A stretch of DNA of 64,000 nt from positions 18,091-82,090 of the forward strand of contig SVAO01000004.1 of NCBI GenBank assembly GCA_015059365.1, in the 5' to 3' direction. The translations under genes were made by a program, and so were the position numbers. The notes under the pieces were generated by a model. It saw nothing but the letters and a program-made list of their open reading frames with translations. It made no database searches and was not told the origin of the DNA. Within the stretch, counting starts at the first letter, position 1. Every line of letters starts with the position of its first letter. Shown in pieces: positions 1 to 9,406 of this stretch. The DNA comes from Bacillota bacterium. Its GTDB lineage: Bacteria > Bacillota_I > Bacilli_A > RF39 > UBA660.

Positions 1-690
1 AATTGATATATTTTTAATCTCTGCAATTTTCAAAGCAACATAATAAACATTATATGGCTCGTTTTTCTTTCCCCTATATGGTTCTGGAGTAAGATATGGA
101 CTATCTGTTTCTAAAATTAGATGTTGTAAATCTACATTTTTCACAACTTCCTTCAACTTATCACTATTTTTAAAAGTTAACACTCCACCAATCCCTAGTT
201 TAGCACCTAACTTTATAAATTCCCTCGCCATTTCTAAACTTGAACTATAACAATGAATATCTATCTTATTATGCTTACTATCCCTTAATATTTCATAAGT
301 GTCTTGAATAGCATCCCTAGAATGAACTACGATTGGCTTATTGTATTTTTTAGCAAGTTCAATTTGCCTATTAAACCACTTTTTTTGAATTTCCTTATTA
401 TCTTTATCCCAATAATAATCTAAACCAATTTCTCCAATTCCAACTATCTTTGAATTATCCAGATTTTTTTCTATATATGCTAAATCGTCTTCCGTAGCAC
501 TTGAAACACTTTCTGGATGTATTCCTAAACACCCATAAATATTTGAATATTTTTGACACAATTCCATTACTTCATAATTAGAACTCCTATCACAACCGCT
601 TATTATAATAATATGATTTTTCATCTTTTCTATTACTTCTTCTAAATTATCATAATCCTTATAACTCAGATGACAATGTGTATCTACCAT
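1..690 (-). CDS. tatD: TatD-family metal-dependent hydrolase (YabD-like); C-terminus runs off the window edge
   Basis: Not in the ORF track because it is truncated. My translation from ATG 690-688 gives MVDTHCHLSYKDYDNLEEV..., with the DTHCHL start typical of TatD. GGTGA RBS upstream. It follows metG as yabD does in B. subtilis. Confidence 0.8.
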   Translation of the reverse strand, partial: MVDTHCHLSYKDYDNLEEVIEKMKNHIIIISGCDRSSNYEVMELCQKYSNIYGCLGIHPESVSSATEDDLAYIEKNLDNSKIVGIGEIGLDYYWDKDNKEIQKKWFNRQIELAKKYNKPIVVHSRDAIQDTYEILRDSKHNKIDIHCYSSSLEMAREFIKLGAKLGIGGVLTFKNSDKLKEVVKNVDLQHLILETDSPYLTPEPYRGKKNEPYNVYYVALKIAEIKNISI

Positions 691-732
691 AATAAATCAC
701 CAAAAAAATTATACCATAATCATGATATAATT

Positions 733-903
733 TTATCTTTTTGTTCTTATTTTTATATATCTAAATAAAAAAATGATACATACTATTAAATATAAAAAAT
801 CATATAAATTAAAACATCTTATTAAATTTGTAAGAACAATTAGTGCTACTACAGTTACAATCGAAACCACAATTCCTAATTCTTTCTTTTTCTCTAATGT
901 CAT
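733..903 (-). CDS. possible 56-aa small membrane protein (two hydrophobic segments)
   Basis: Below the ORF-track length cutoff. ATG at 903-901 with a GGGAG RBS about 7 nt upstream. My translation: MTLEKKKELGIVVSIVTVVALIVLTNLIRCFNLYDFLYLIVCIIFLFRYIKIRTKR. Confidence 0.3.
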   Translation of the reverse strand: MTLEKKKELGIVVSIVTVVALIVLTNLIRCFNLYDFLYLIVCIIFLFRYIKIRTKR

Positions 904-1013
904 AATATCTCCCTTTTTTCTGCAACAAAATCAATATATCACACTTAATTAAAGAAGTACAACAAAATGCTATATTTTTTAACGACAATTTACAACATTT
1001 TACAAAAAAGAGA

Positions 1014-2582
1014 TTAATTTTCTCCATTAATCTCTTTTAATTTTTCCTCTTTATCAATTCTTGCAAATAAAGGTTGAGGGTCATTTAAATGAATTCCTAC
1101 ATCTAACCCATTAAAATTATCTAATGACTCATAATATCTATTTTCAGTATTCAATTGTTTAAAAATACTATCGGCTGTTTCTGGTAAAAATGGTTGTAAT
1201 AAAATTGCCCCATGCCTTATTGCTTCTAATAAATTATAAATTACACCACTTAATTCATCACGTTTATCAGGATCTTTTGCTAATGCCCAAGGCATTGTTT
1301 CATCAATATATTTGTTACTTCTTCTAAATAATTCAAGGATTTCATCAATTGCGTCGGCAACACGCAATTCATCCATTTTATTACTAACATTATCTTTTAT
1401 TGTTAAAATGTCTTTTTGAAATTGATGATCAATTTCATTTACAAATTTAGGTTCAACAACCACTCCATCAAAATATTTTTTTGCCATACTAATAGTTCTA
1501 TTTACTAAATTTCCTAAAACATTTGCTAAATCCGAATTAATTCTTTCAATTAATAACTCGTGAGTAAATGTTCCATCACTCGCAAAAGGCATTTCATGAA
1601 TTAAATAATAACGAACAGCATCAACACCAAAATATTTTACTAGGTCATCTGCATAAATTATATTTCCCCTTGATTTACTCATTTTATCTTCACCAGATAA
1701 TAACCATGGGTGTCCAAAAACTTGTTTTGGAAGTGGTAAATCTAGTGCCATTAACATTATCGGCCAGTATATTGTGTGAAAACGCAATATATCTTTACCT
1801 ATTAAATGGACATCAGCTGGCCAATATTTCTTAAATTCATCACTATGATTTCCATTTATATCATATCCCAAAAATGTAATATAATTTGTTAAAGCATCTA
1901 TCCATACATATATTACATGTTTTGGATCAAAAGATACAGGAATCCCCCAAGTAAATGATGTCCTTGATACACAAAGATCTTGTAATCCTGGTTTTATAAA
2001 GTTATTTACTATTTCGTTCTTTCTGCTTTCTGGTTGAATAAATTCTGGATGTTCATTAATATATTGTTCTAATCGTGATGCATATTTACTCATTTTGAAA
2101 AAATAGGCTTCCTCAGTGGCTGGTTTTACCTCCCTACCACAATCGGGACATTTTCCATCTACTAATTGTGACTCAGTCCAAAATGATTCACAAGGAGTAC
2201 AGTATAAACCTTGATATTCCCCCTTATAAATATCTCCTTGAGCATATAATTTTTTAAATATTTGAGCCACTTTTTCTTCATGTCCTGGATTTGTGGTTCT
2301 AACAAAACGGTCATAACTTGTATTCATAATATCCCATATACGACGTATTTCTAAAGCAACATCATCAACAAATTCTTGTGGTTGTTGATTATTTAATGCG
2401 GCTTTCTCTTCAATTTTAACCCCATGTTCATCAGTACCGGTTTGAAAATAAACATCATACCCTACTAATCTTTTATATCGTGCAATCGCATCTGCTAAAA
2501 CAATCTCATAAGTATTCCCAATATGTGGTTTCCCTGATGTATATGCTATAGCTGTTGAAATATAATATTTACCCTTTTCCAT
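1014..2582 (-). CDS. metG: methionine--tRNA ligase (short form without C-terminal tRNA-binding domain)
   Basis: 522 aa with HIGN and KMSKS class I motifs and a CxxC...CxxC zinc knuckle. The start abuts the dut stop codon. Confidence 0.97.
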   Translation of the reverse strand: MEKGKYYISTAIAYTSGKPHIGNTYEIVLADAIARYKRLVGYDVYFQTGTDEHGVKIEEKAALNNQQPQEFVDDVALEIRRIWDIMNTSYDRFVRTTNPGHEEKVAQIFKKLYAQGDIYKGEYQGLYCTPCESFWTESQLVDGKCPDCGREVKPATEEAYFFKMSKYASRLEQYINEHPEFIQPESRKNEIVNNFIKPGLQDLCVSRTSFTWGIPVSFDPKHVIYVWIDALTNYITFLGYDINGNHSDEFKKYWPADVHLIGKDILRFHTIYWPIMLMALDLPLPKQVFGHPWLLSGEDKMSKSRGNIIYADDLVKYFGVDAVRYYLIHEMPFASDGTFTHELLIERINSDLANVLGNLVNRTISMAKKYFDGVVVEPKFVNEIDHQFQKDILTIKDNVSNKMDELRVADAIDEILELFRRSNKYIDETMPWALAKDPDKRDELSGVIYNLLEAIRHGAILLQPFLPETADSIFKQLNTENRYYESLDNFNGLDVGIHLNDPQPLFARIDKEEKLKEINGEN

Positions 2583-3068
2583 TTATTTTCCTCCTTCATT
2601 TGTACTACCAATTCCACCTTGTCTTATGGTAGTCACTTCTTTTTCATTATCTGCAGTCAAAAATTTAGTAAATATCCCTTGAGCAAAATGTTCGCCCTTT
2701 TTAATAACCAAATCTTTATTACCTTCATTTTGAAGTGAAATAAAAATATGTCCTTCATTATCTATATTATTATAATAATCACTATCAATTACTCCAACTT
2801 GATTACATAATCTTGCATTATATTTGAATCCAAAACTGCTTCTTATTACAATTAATAATACCTCATCATTATTCATAAACGCCTTAATTCCAGTAGGGAT
2901 TTTTAATACTCCACCTGGTATCAAAGTATAATCATCTAATGCTACAATATCATACCCTGCACTATTTTTAGTATGTCTTTTTGGTAATTGATAATTTTCA
3001 TATGTAGCAAAATCATTATTAATATCTTTACAAAATTGAGTAAAACTTATTTTTTCAAAACCTCTCAT
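2583..3068 (-). CDS. dut: dUTP diphosphatase (trimeric dUTPase family)
   Basis: 161 aa with motifs AGYD, GVIDSDY and C-terminal RQGGIGST. AGGAG RBS. Confidence 0.85.
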   Translation of the reverse strand: MRGFEKISFTQFCKDINNDFATYENYQLPKRHTKNSAGYDIVALDDYTLIPGGVLKIPTGIKAFMNNDEVLLIVIRSSFGFKYNARLCNQVGVIDSDYYNNIDNEGHIFISLQNEGNKDLVIKKGEHFAQGIFTKFLTADNEKEVTTIRQGGIGSTNEGGK

Positions 3069-3080
3069 GTAACTCCTCCA

Positions 3081-3300
3081 AACAAAAAAACGTCCATATA
3101 AGGACGTTTAAAACGTGGTACCACCTTAATTTGTGTACAAAATACACCTCTAACAATTAACGCTTGCCCACGTATCTGCCTACATATCGACAAATCAAAA
3201 GTTAAAACCATTTAGGAAAACATAACTTAGCTTTCTTTCACCTAACAAAGCTCTCTAATATAAGTATAATTATCCCTCTTTTTAACATAATCTTTAAACT
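3081..3300 (-). promoter_or_regulatory. T-box leader (Met specifier) with intrinsic terminator, controlling dut-metG
   Basis: The minus strand reads AAUUAAGGUGGUACCACG (T-box, 3130-3113), overlapping the terminator AAACGUCCUUAUAUGGACGUUUUUUU (3110-3084). An AGAGAG...GGUGAAAG stem I distal pattern and an F-box-like AGCGUUA are present. The candidate specifier AUG is the complement of 3221-3223. A TGTGTTATAAT extended -10 is the complement of 3307-3317. Confidence 0.8.
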
Positions 3301-3324
3301 GGCGTTATTATAACACATCTTAAA

Positions 3325-3855
3325 TTATTCTTCAAGATATTTAGATAATATTTTTGAAGCTATTTGACAAATTTTCATATCTGTTTCTGAAAGTTGATTA
3401 TCTTGAGATAAAATTACAACAATTCCAACAGCATCACCGGCAGATATTATTGTTGACAAACAAAACGTCCCTTCTTCTTTTGTTCCATCTGTCAAACTTA
3501 TTTCTTTAACATATTTTTCATGTAAATTTTCCCTTCTTTTAATACACTGACTTAAATAATTACTTATCGGCTTATTTATATATTCTTTTTTTAACGGCCC
3601 TGAGAACGCAATAATAGTATCTGTATCAGCAATTAAAACGTTACATTTTAAAAACGAATATATTACATCAGTAAATTTATCCGCATAATTTTTAATTTTA
3701 TTTAATTCAGAATATTTTTTTAAAATAATATTTTCATCATCAATAAATATTTCAATATTTTCTCCATCATTAAGCCTAAAATTCTTTCTGATTTCCTTTG
3801 GTATTACTATTCTTCCTAAATCATCTATTCTTCTAACTATTCCTGTTGTTTTCAT
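3325..3855 (-). CDS. spoVT: stage V sporulation protein T (AbrB-family regulator with GAF-like C-domain)
   Basis: 176 aa. The N-terminus GIVRRIDDLGRIVIPKEIR is a SpoVT/AbrB swapped-hairpin motif. It sits after mfd as in B. subtilis. Confidence 0.9.
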   Translation of the reverse strand: MKTTGIVRRIDDLGRIVIPKEIRKNFRLNDGENIEIFIDDENIILKKYSELNKIKNYADKFTDVIYSFLKCNVLIADTDTIIAFSGPLKKEYINKPISNYLSQCIKRRENLHEKYVKEISLTDGTKEEGTFCLSTIISAGDAVGIVVILSQDNQLSETDMKICQIASKILSKYLEE

Positions 3856-3876
3856 ATATACCTCGCTTCCTTATTT

Positions 3877-3905
3877 TAGTTTGTATAAATGTATTAGTTT
3901 TATAC
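3877..3905 (-). promoter_or_regulatory. candidate forespore (sigma-G/F-type) promoter of spoVT
   Basis: The minus strand reads GTATA-N17-CAAACTA about 20 nt upstream of the spoVT RBS, resembling GHATR-N17/18-CAWHHTA. Confidence 0.3.
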
Positions 3906-3941
3906 TCAATTATAAAATTCATTAAAAAAATAGAGTAAACT

Positions 3942-6900
3942 CTACTTTTTTGATTTTTCAATAATATCTAACAAGTCTATTAAATAATAAATAAAATGCT
4001 TTTCTAATTTAACTGTATCCAAAGTAATAACTAATCTTCTTGACTTCATACTAAATCTAAACATGCGAGATAACTTCATTACATCAAGAAACAATTTATC
4101 TCCATGTATGGAATTTGTTAAATCAAGCGGCAACCAAACTTCTATAAAATTTTTAGTCTGTTTAACATCTTTGATATTTAATTTAGTAGCTCTTTTTTCA
4201 AATAATTCTTCATACATATAAACAACTAATTCATCACTCAATGTACCAAAACGATCTTTTAATTCTTCTTGTAAATTTTCAATTGCAGCAATAGAATCAA
4301 TCTTATTAATTTTTTGATGAATATAAATTTTTAATTCATCCTCTTTAACATAATTATCAGAAATAGAAGTTGCTACTTCTACTAATGGCTGTGAATCATC
4401 CACTTCAGAATAAATTTCATTTCCTTTTAAACGGCTTATTTCTTCATCTAACATTTTTAAAAACATATCCATTCCTACAGTATCTACAAATCCTGCCTGT
4501 TCACTACCTAAGATATCTCCTGCACCTCTAATTGCTAAATCTCTCATAGCAATAGAAAAACCACTTCCTAGTTCGGTAAAATCTTTTATTGCTTTCAAAC
4601 GTTTTTCAGCAATCTCAGATAATATTTTGCGTTGATTGTACATTAAATAACAATATGCTATTTTATTACTACGTCCTACTCTACCTCTTAATTGATATAA
4701 CTGTGATAAACCAAAACAATCCGCATCATAAATAATCAATGTATTAGCATTGGGAATATCAATTCCAGTTTCAATTATTGTTGTGCATAATAACACATTA
4801 TATTCTTTATTTATAAAAGACATCATTATATTTTCTAATTCATCTTTATCCATTTTGCCATGAGCCGATATGATTTTTGCTTCAGGAACTAATTGTTTTA
4901 ATTCACTAACCTTCAAGTCCATATCTTCAATACGATTATATAAAATAAATACTTGCCCATCTCTGGCTAACTCCTTATATATTGCTTCTTTTATAATCTG
5001 CTTACTTTCAGATAATACATAAGTCTGAACTGGATATCTGTCTACAGGTGGCGTTTCAATTAAAGACAAACTTTTTAAACCTGACATAGACATCTGTAAT
5101 GTTCTTGGAATAGGAGTTGCAGATAATGTTAAAACATCCACATTGTTTTTAATTGCTTTTATCTTTTCTTTATGCTTAACACCAAATCTTTGTTCTTCAT
5201 CTATTACCAATAATCCCAAATCCTTAAATTCTATATCATCACTTAAAATTCTATGAGTACCAATTAATAAATCTATTTTACCTTCTTTTAATTTTTTTAA
5301 AATATCTTTGATTTTTTTAGGACTAACAAATCTATTCAATAACTCTATATTAATTGCATAATCCTTAAATCTTTCTAAAGCATTTAGATAATGTTGATTT
5401 GAAAGAATAGTTGTAGGGCAAAGAAATGCGACCTGTTTACTAGCCATAATTGCCTTAAAAATCGCCCTAAAAGCTACTTCCGTTTTACCATATCCAACAT
5501 CGCCACAAAGTAATCTGTCCATCGGGCTAGTTTTTTCCATATCTTTTTTTATTTCTTCTAATACTTTTATTTGATCTAATGTTTCATTATACGGAAATTT
5601 CTTTTCAAAATCTACTTGATCTGAAGTATCCTTTGGAAAGGCATACCCAACCGCTTGTTCTCTCATTGCATATAACTTTAACAAATCAGCCGCAATGTCC
5701 TCGACTTTTTTCCTTACTTTTAATTTAGTCTTCTCCCATTCAGTGCCACCTAATTTATTAATTTTAGGAACCATACCTTCACCAGTTGAATATCTGCTTA
5801 TCATATCTATTTTTTCAACAGGAATATATAGCTTATCACTATCGCGATATTCTATTTGTAAATAATCTTTTTTTAAACCATTTTTAACAAGTGTCTTAAG
5901 ACCGGCATAACGCCCAATACCATGTGCATAATGTACTACATAATCTCCAATCTGCAATTTAGTAATATCCTTTATTTTAACACCAAAACGAAACTTACTT
6001 TTATATGCATCAGTATACTCTGCCTTATTAAATAAATCATTTTGTGTAATGAGTACATAATTTTCTAATTCAAAACCATAACTTGCTTTTTTTATAATTA
6101 AATTTACTCTTTTTTCATATATATCATTTTCATTTGTTACAACAGGATTTAAATCTTGTAACATCTCTTCAATTGCATTAATCTTATATCTATCATTTAA
6201 TGCTATTACTACAGTTTTACCAGATTTTAAATACTTTAACAAAAACTTTTTTATATCTCCAATATTTTTTAAATTCATATTTAAAGGGTGAGCTACAAAA
6301 TTAAATATTTCATCTGTAGCATCCCACTTATCATCAAAATTAGTAAAATTAACAATATTATGATTTTCAAGCCCTTCGAGATCATTCATATATAATGTGT
6401 TTTTAATGTCATTTTCTTCGTTATAATCAAAAATTTCATTCAATAAATTTCTGTAAGATTTTTCAATATTACTATAATCATTATAAAACACCAATGGGTT
6501 AAATAAATAATTGTTTATATTAGTTACCTTTGTTAGATTTGGTAATTCCAAATGACTTTCTACACAATCTTCTAACCCTATAACATCCTCCGTATTTGGA
6601 TAAATTACAATTTCTTCTATTTTCTTTACAGTTAATTGGTTATCTATATTAAATATTCTAATCGAATCAATCTCATCACCAAAAAACTCTAATCTTACAG
6701 GATATTCAAATTCCACTGGAAAAATATCGATCACAAACCCTCTTACTGCAAATTCACCTGTTTTGTTTACAACAGTCTCACGTATATATCCCAAAGATAC
6801 TAAGTAAGATATTAATTTTTCCATTGATAATTCACTGTTTTTAGTAAGTTTTAATATTGAGTTATAAAAAACTTCATGAGATGGCAAAAAACGTAAGTAT

Positions 6901-7226
6901 CCCATTAAATTAGTAACTACTATTTTTTTTTCACTATTTAATAATTCAATTAACGTCTCTAATCTTTTTATTCTAAGTTCTGGAGAACTAGCTAAAATTT
7001 CACTTGTTAAAAAATCATCCATGGGAAAAAACAAAACTTTACTAGTATAATTTGAAATGCATTGATATAATTGGTTAGCCTCATATAGTGTACTTGTTAC
7101 AAAAACAATACTTTTAGGCTGATTTTCTAAGCAAAAATTGGAATACATTGCCTTTAATTCATTAGTAAAGCCAATTATATTCAAGTTTTTATTTGGCAAA
7201 GTAAACTTTTGTTCTATTATCTTCAT
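3942..7226 (-). CDS. mfd: transcription-repair coupling factor
   Basis: 1094 aa with helicase motifs GDVGYGKTEVA and DEEQRFG. UvrB-homology N-terminus and a TRG-type C-terminus. Confidence 0.97.
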   Translation of the reverse strand: MKIIEQKFTLPNKNLNIIGFTNELKAMYSNFCLENQPKSIVFVTSTLYEANQLYQCISNYTSKVLFFPMDDFLTSEILASSPELRIKRLETLIELLNSEKKIVVTNLMGYLRFLPSHEVFYNSILKLTKNSELSMEKLISYLVSLGYIRETVVNKTGEFAVRGFVIDIFPVEFEYPVRLEFFGDEIDSIRIFNIDNQLTVKKIEEIVIYPNTEDVIGLEDCVESHLELPNLTKVTNINNYLFNPLVFYNDYSNIEKSYRNLLNEIFDYNEENDIKNTLYMNDLEGLENHNIVNFTNFDDKWDATDEIFNFVAHPLNMNLKNIGDIKKFLLKYLKSGKTVVIALNDRYKINAIEEMLQDLNPVVTNENDIYEKRVNLIIKKASYGFELENYVLITQNDLFNKAEYTDAYKSKFRFGVKIKDITKLQIGDYVVHYAHGIGRYAGLKTLVKNGLKKDYLQIEYRDSDKLYIPVEKIDMISRYSTGEGMVPKINKLGGTEWEKTKLKVRKKVEDIAADLLKLYAMREQAVGYAFPKDTSDQVDFEKKFPYNETLDQIKVLEEIKKDMEKTSPMDRLLCGDVGYGKTEVAFRAIFKAIMASKQVAFLCPTTILSNQHYLNALERFKDYAINIELLNRFVSPKKIKDILKKLKEGKIDLLIGTHRILSDDIEFKDLGLLVIDEEQRFGVKHKEKIKAIKNNVDVLTLSATPIPRTLQMSMSGLKSLSLIETPPVDRYPVQTYVLSESKQIIKEAIYKELARDGQVFILYNRIEDMDLKVSELKQLVPEAKIISAHGKMDKDELENIMMSFINKEYNVLLCTTIIETGIDIPNANTLIIYDADCFGLSQLYQLRGRVGRSNKIAYCYLMYNQRKILSEIAEKRLKAIKDFTELGSGFSIAMRDLAIRGAGDILGSEQAGFVDTVGMDMFLKMLDEEISRLKGNEIYSEVDDSQPLVEVATSISDNYVKEDELKIYIHQKINKIDSIAAIENLQEELKDRFGTLSDELVVYMYEELFEKRATKLNIKDVKQTKNFIEVWLPLDLTNSIHGDKLFLDVMKLSRMFRFSMKSRRLVITLDTVKLEKHFIYYLIDLLDIIEKSKK

Positions 7227-7271
7227 TCTTTCCCTCCTTACTATAAAAATGATACTTTCGTATCATCCCCC

Positions 7272-7826
7272 CTAATTATATTTATTCATCAGATCTACAA
7301 AATCATATTTTAAAAAATCATCTATAATGAATTCTGCTTTTCTTATTGCTTCATCAATAAGCGGTGATTCGGTATTATCAAAACAACCTAATACATAATC
7401 TTTTGTACTAATGTTTTTGTTATTTCCAACGCCTATTTTCAAACGTTTATATTCATTAGTTCCTAAATTTAACTCAATATTTTTAAGACCATTATGACCT
7501 CCAGAACTACCTTTTTCTCTTAATCTCATTTTACCACATGGCATATCTAAGTCATCATTTATTATAAACAAATCTTTAATATTTATTTTATAAAAATCCA
7601 GAAAAGATTTTATTACTTCTCCTGATAAATTCATATATTTTTGTGGCTTTAAAAAAATTACCTTTTCACCTGATATAATCATATCAGTATAAACTCCAGA
7701 AAATTTAGTTTTAAAATTATGTTCATTTCTTTTATTTAAGTAATTATCAACAACCATAAAGCCTACATTATGTCTTGTTTTTTCATAATCTTTCCCAGGA
7801 TTACCTAATCCAACTATTAATTTCAT
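7272..7826 (-). CDS. pth: peptidyl-tRNA hydrolase
   Basis: 184 aa with the GLGNPG...TRHNVGF signature. Confidence 0.95.
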   Translation of the reverse strand: MKLIVGLGNPGKDYEKTRHNVGFMVVDNYLNKRNEHNFKTKFSGVYTDMIISGEKVIFLKPQKYMNLSGEVIKSFLDFYKINIKDLFIINDDLDMPCGKMRLREKGSSGGHNGLKNIELNLGTNEYKRLKIGVGNNKNISTKDYVLGCFDNTESPLIDEAIRKAEFIIDDFLKYDFVDLMNKYN

Positions 7827-7833
7827 AATTCAC

Positions 7834-8676
7834 CTACTTTTTAATTTCGTGATATTCATTGTAGACATCTTTTTTATTTAAGCCACGAACTTTTGCTACT
7901 AATTTAATTGCCTCGTTAACCGATGTTCCCTCTTTAATATAAGAATTTACATGTTCAATTATAGATATTTGAGTATAATCTACACCTTCAGTATTCCCCT
8001 CAACAACAATTACAAATTCACCCTTCATATTAACAGAATCCTTTAATATGTCATCTATTCTTCCTCTAATAATTTCCTCATATCGTTTGCTTATTTCCCG
8101 GGAAATAGAGATTTTTCTATTTCCCAAAACCGATAAAATATTTTCTAAAGTTTTTTGAATTCTGTGAGGAGACTCATAAAAAATAAGTGTGGCTGATTGT
8201 TTTTTTAGTTCTTCTAGTTCTTTTATTCGTTTACTTTCTTTACTATTTAAAAAACCGTAAAACAAAAAAGGAGACGGAGTTATTCCAGAAGTTATAAGAG
8301 CTGGAATTAATGCTGTAGGTCCTGGAAGTCCAACTACATTATAATTATTTTCAATTGCTACCTTCACTAATCCATACCCAGGATCACTAATTATTGGAGT
8401 ACCTCGATCAGTAACAATACCAACATTTTTATTATCTTTAAGATAAGATAAAATCTTATCATTATTTTCTTGCTCATTATATTCGTGATTAGCTATCAAT
8501 TTTTTCTTAATATTTAAATGTTGTAAAAGTAAACCGGTTACTCTAGTATCTTCCGAGAATATAACATCAACATTTTTCAAAACATCAACAGCCCTTAAAG
8601 TTATATCGTCTAAATTCCCAATAGGCGTTGGTATTAAATAAACTGTTGGAGACCCATCATAACTTTTTTGAATCAT
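7834..8676 (-). CDS. rsmI: 16S rRNA (cytidine1402-2'-O)-methyltransferase
   Basis: Tetrapyrrole-methylase-like fold (YLIPTPIGNLDDIT). Start refined to ATG 8676 (AGGAG RBS); the ORF-track start at 8694 would overlap the upstream gene. Confidence 0.9.
   Translation of the reverse strand: MIQKSYDGSPTVYLIPTPIGNLDDITLRAVDVLKNVDVIFSEDTRVTGLLLQHLNIKKKLIANHEYNEQENNDKILSYLKDNKNVGIVTDRGTPIISDPGYGLVKVAIENNYNVVGLPGPTALIPALITSGITPSPFLFYGFLNSKESKRIKELEELKKQSATLIFYESPHRIQKTLENILSVLGNRKISISREISKRYEEIIRGRIDDILKDSVNMKGEFVIVVEGNTEGVDYTQISIIEHVNSYIKEGTSVNEAIKLVAKVRGLNKKDVYNEYHEIKK
8092..8107. other. perfect Noc-binding-site (NBS) palindrome TATTTCCCGGGAAATA inside rsmI
   Basis: 16-bp perfect palindrome containing the B. 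subtilis NBS consensus ATTTCCCGGGAAAT. Encodes ISREI. Confidence 0.65.
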
Positions 8677-8680
8677 ATTG

Positions 8681-9406
8681 TCACTCCTTTTCAAAATATT
8701 TTAATACTTCTTTACTATAGGTTCCATTAGATTCATGGGCATATAAAGGAGGGAGTATTTTTAATCCCGGATTCCCATTTTTCTTTCCTTCAATTAAAAG
8801 CATATTTGCTTCTTCATTTTCTTTAGGATAGACAAATCTAATTTTTTTAGGTTCTATATTGTTTTTTCTCATCGCCTCAATGATTTCTATCATTCTTTCT
8901 GGCCTATGAACTATACCTATTATTCCATTATTTTTTAACATTTTTTTAGCAACCTTAAAAATGTCATTTAAATTAAGTTTAATCTCATGTCGAGCAATTG
9001 ATTTACATAAATTATCATTTAAATTAGAATTTTCATTTAATTTAAAAAATGGAGGATTACAAGTGATTACATCAAATTGATCACTTTCTTCTGTTTTAAC
9101 AAATTCTAAAATATCATTATTTATAATTTTAATTCTATCTTCTAAATCATTTATTTTTACTGATTTTTGTGCTAATTCATATATTTCCGATTGTATCTCA
9201 ACACCAATAATATCTGCTTTAGTTTTTGTAGATAAAATCAAGGGAATAGGAGCATTACCGCAACCAATATCTAAAATTTTCTTAACACTTTTATTCAAAG
9301 TAACAAAATTAGGTAATAATACAGAATCTAAAGAAAAATTAAAATAATCTGTATTTTGATATATATACATATCTTTATAACCTAACAAATAGTTTTTAAC
9401 TTCCAT
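8681..9406 (-). CDS. SAM-dependent N6-adenine methyltransferase, tRNA1(Val) m6A37 type (YabB/TrmN6-like)
   Basis: 241 aa with a DIGCGNA SAM motif and an NPPF catalytic motif. Confidence 0.8.
   Translation of the reverse strand: MEVKNYLLGYKDMYIYQNTDYFNFSLDSVLLPNFVTLNKSVKKILDIGCGNAPIPLILSTKTKADIIGVEIQSEIYELAQKSVKINDLEDRIKIINNDILEFVKTEESDQFDVITCNPPFFKLNENSNLNDNLCKSIARHEIKLNLNDIFKVAKKMLKNNGIIGIVHRPERMIEIIEAMRKNNIEPKKIRFVYPKENEEANMLLIEGKKNGNPGLKILPPLYAHESNGTYSKEVLKYFEKE

Noticed and set aside
809-1027. 72-aa Cys-rich ORF from the ORF track (possible small Cys-rich or RiPP-like peptide)
   Set aside because: It starts inside the metG coding region with a weak RBS. It overlaps a better-supported 56-aa ORF in another frame. 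Its Cys codons arise from TGT/TGC triplets on the antisense-like reading of AT-rich spacer.
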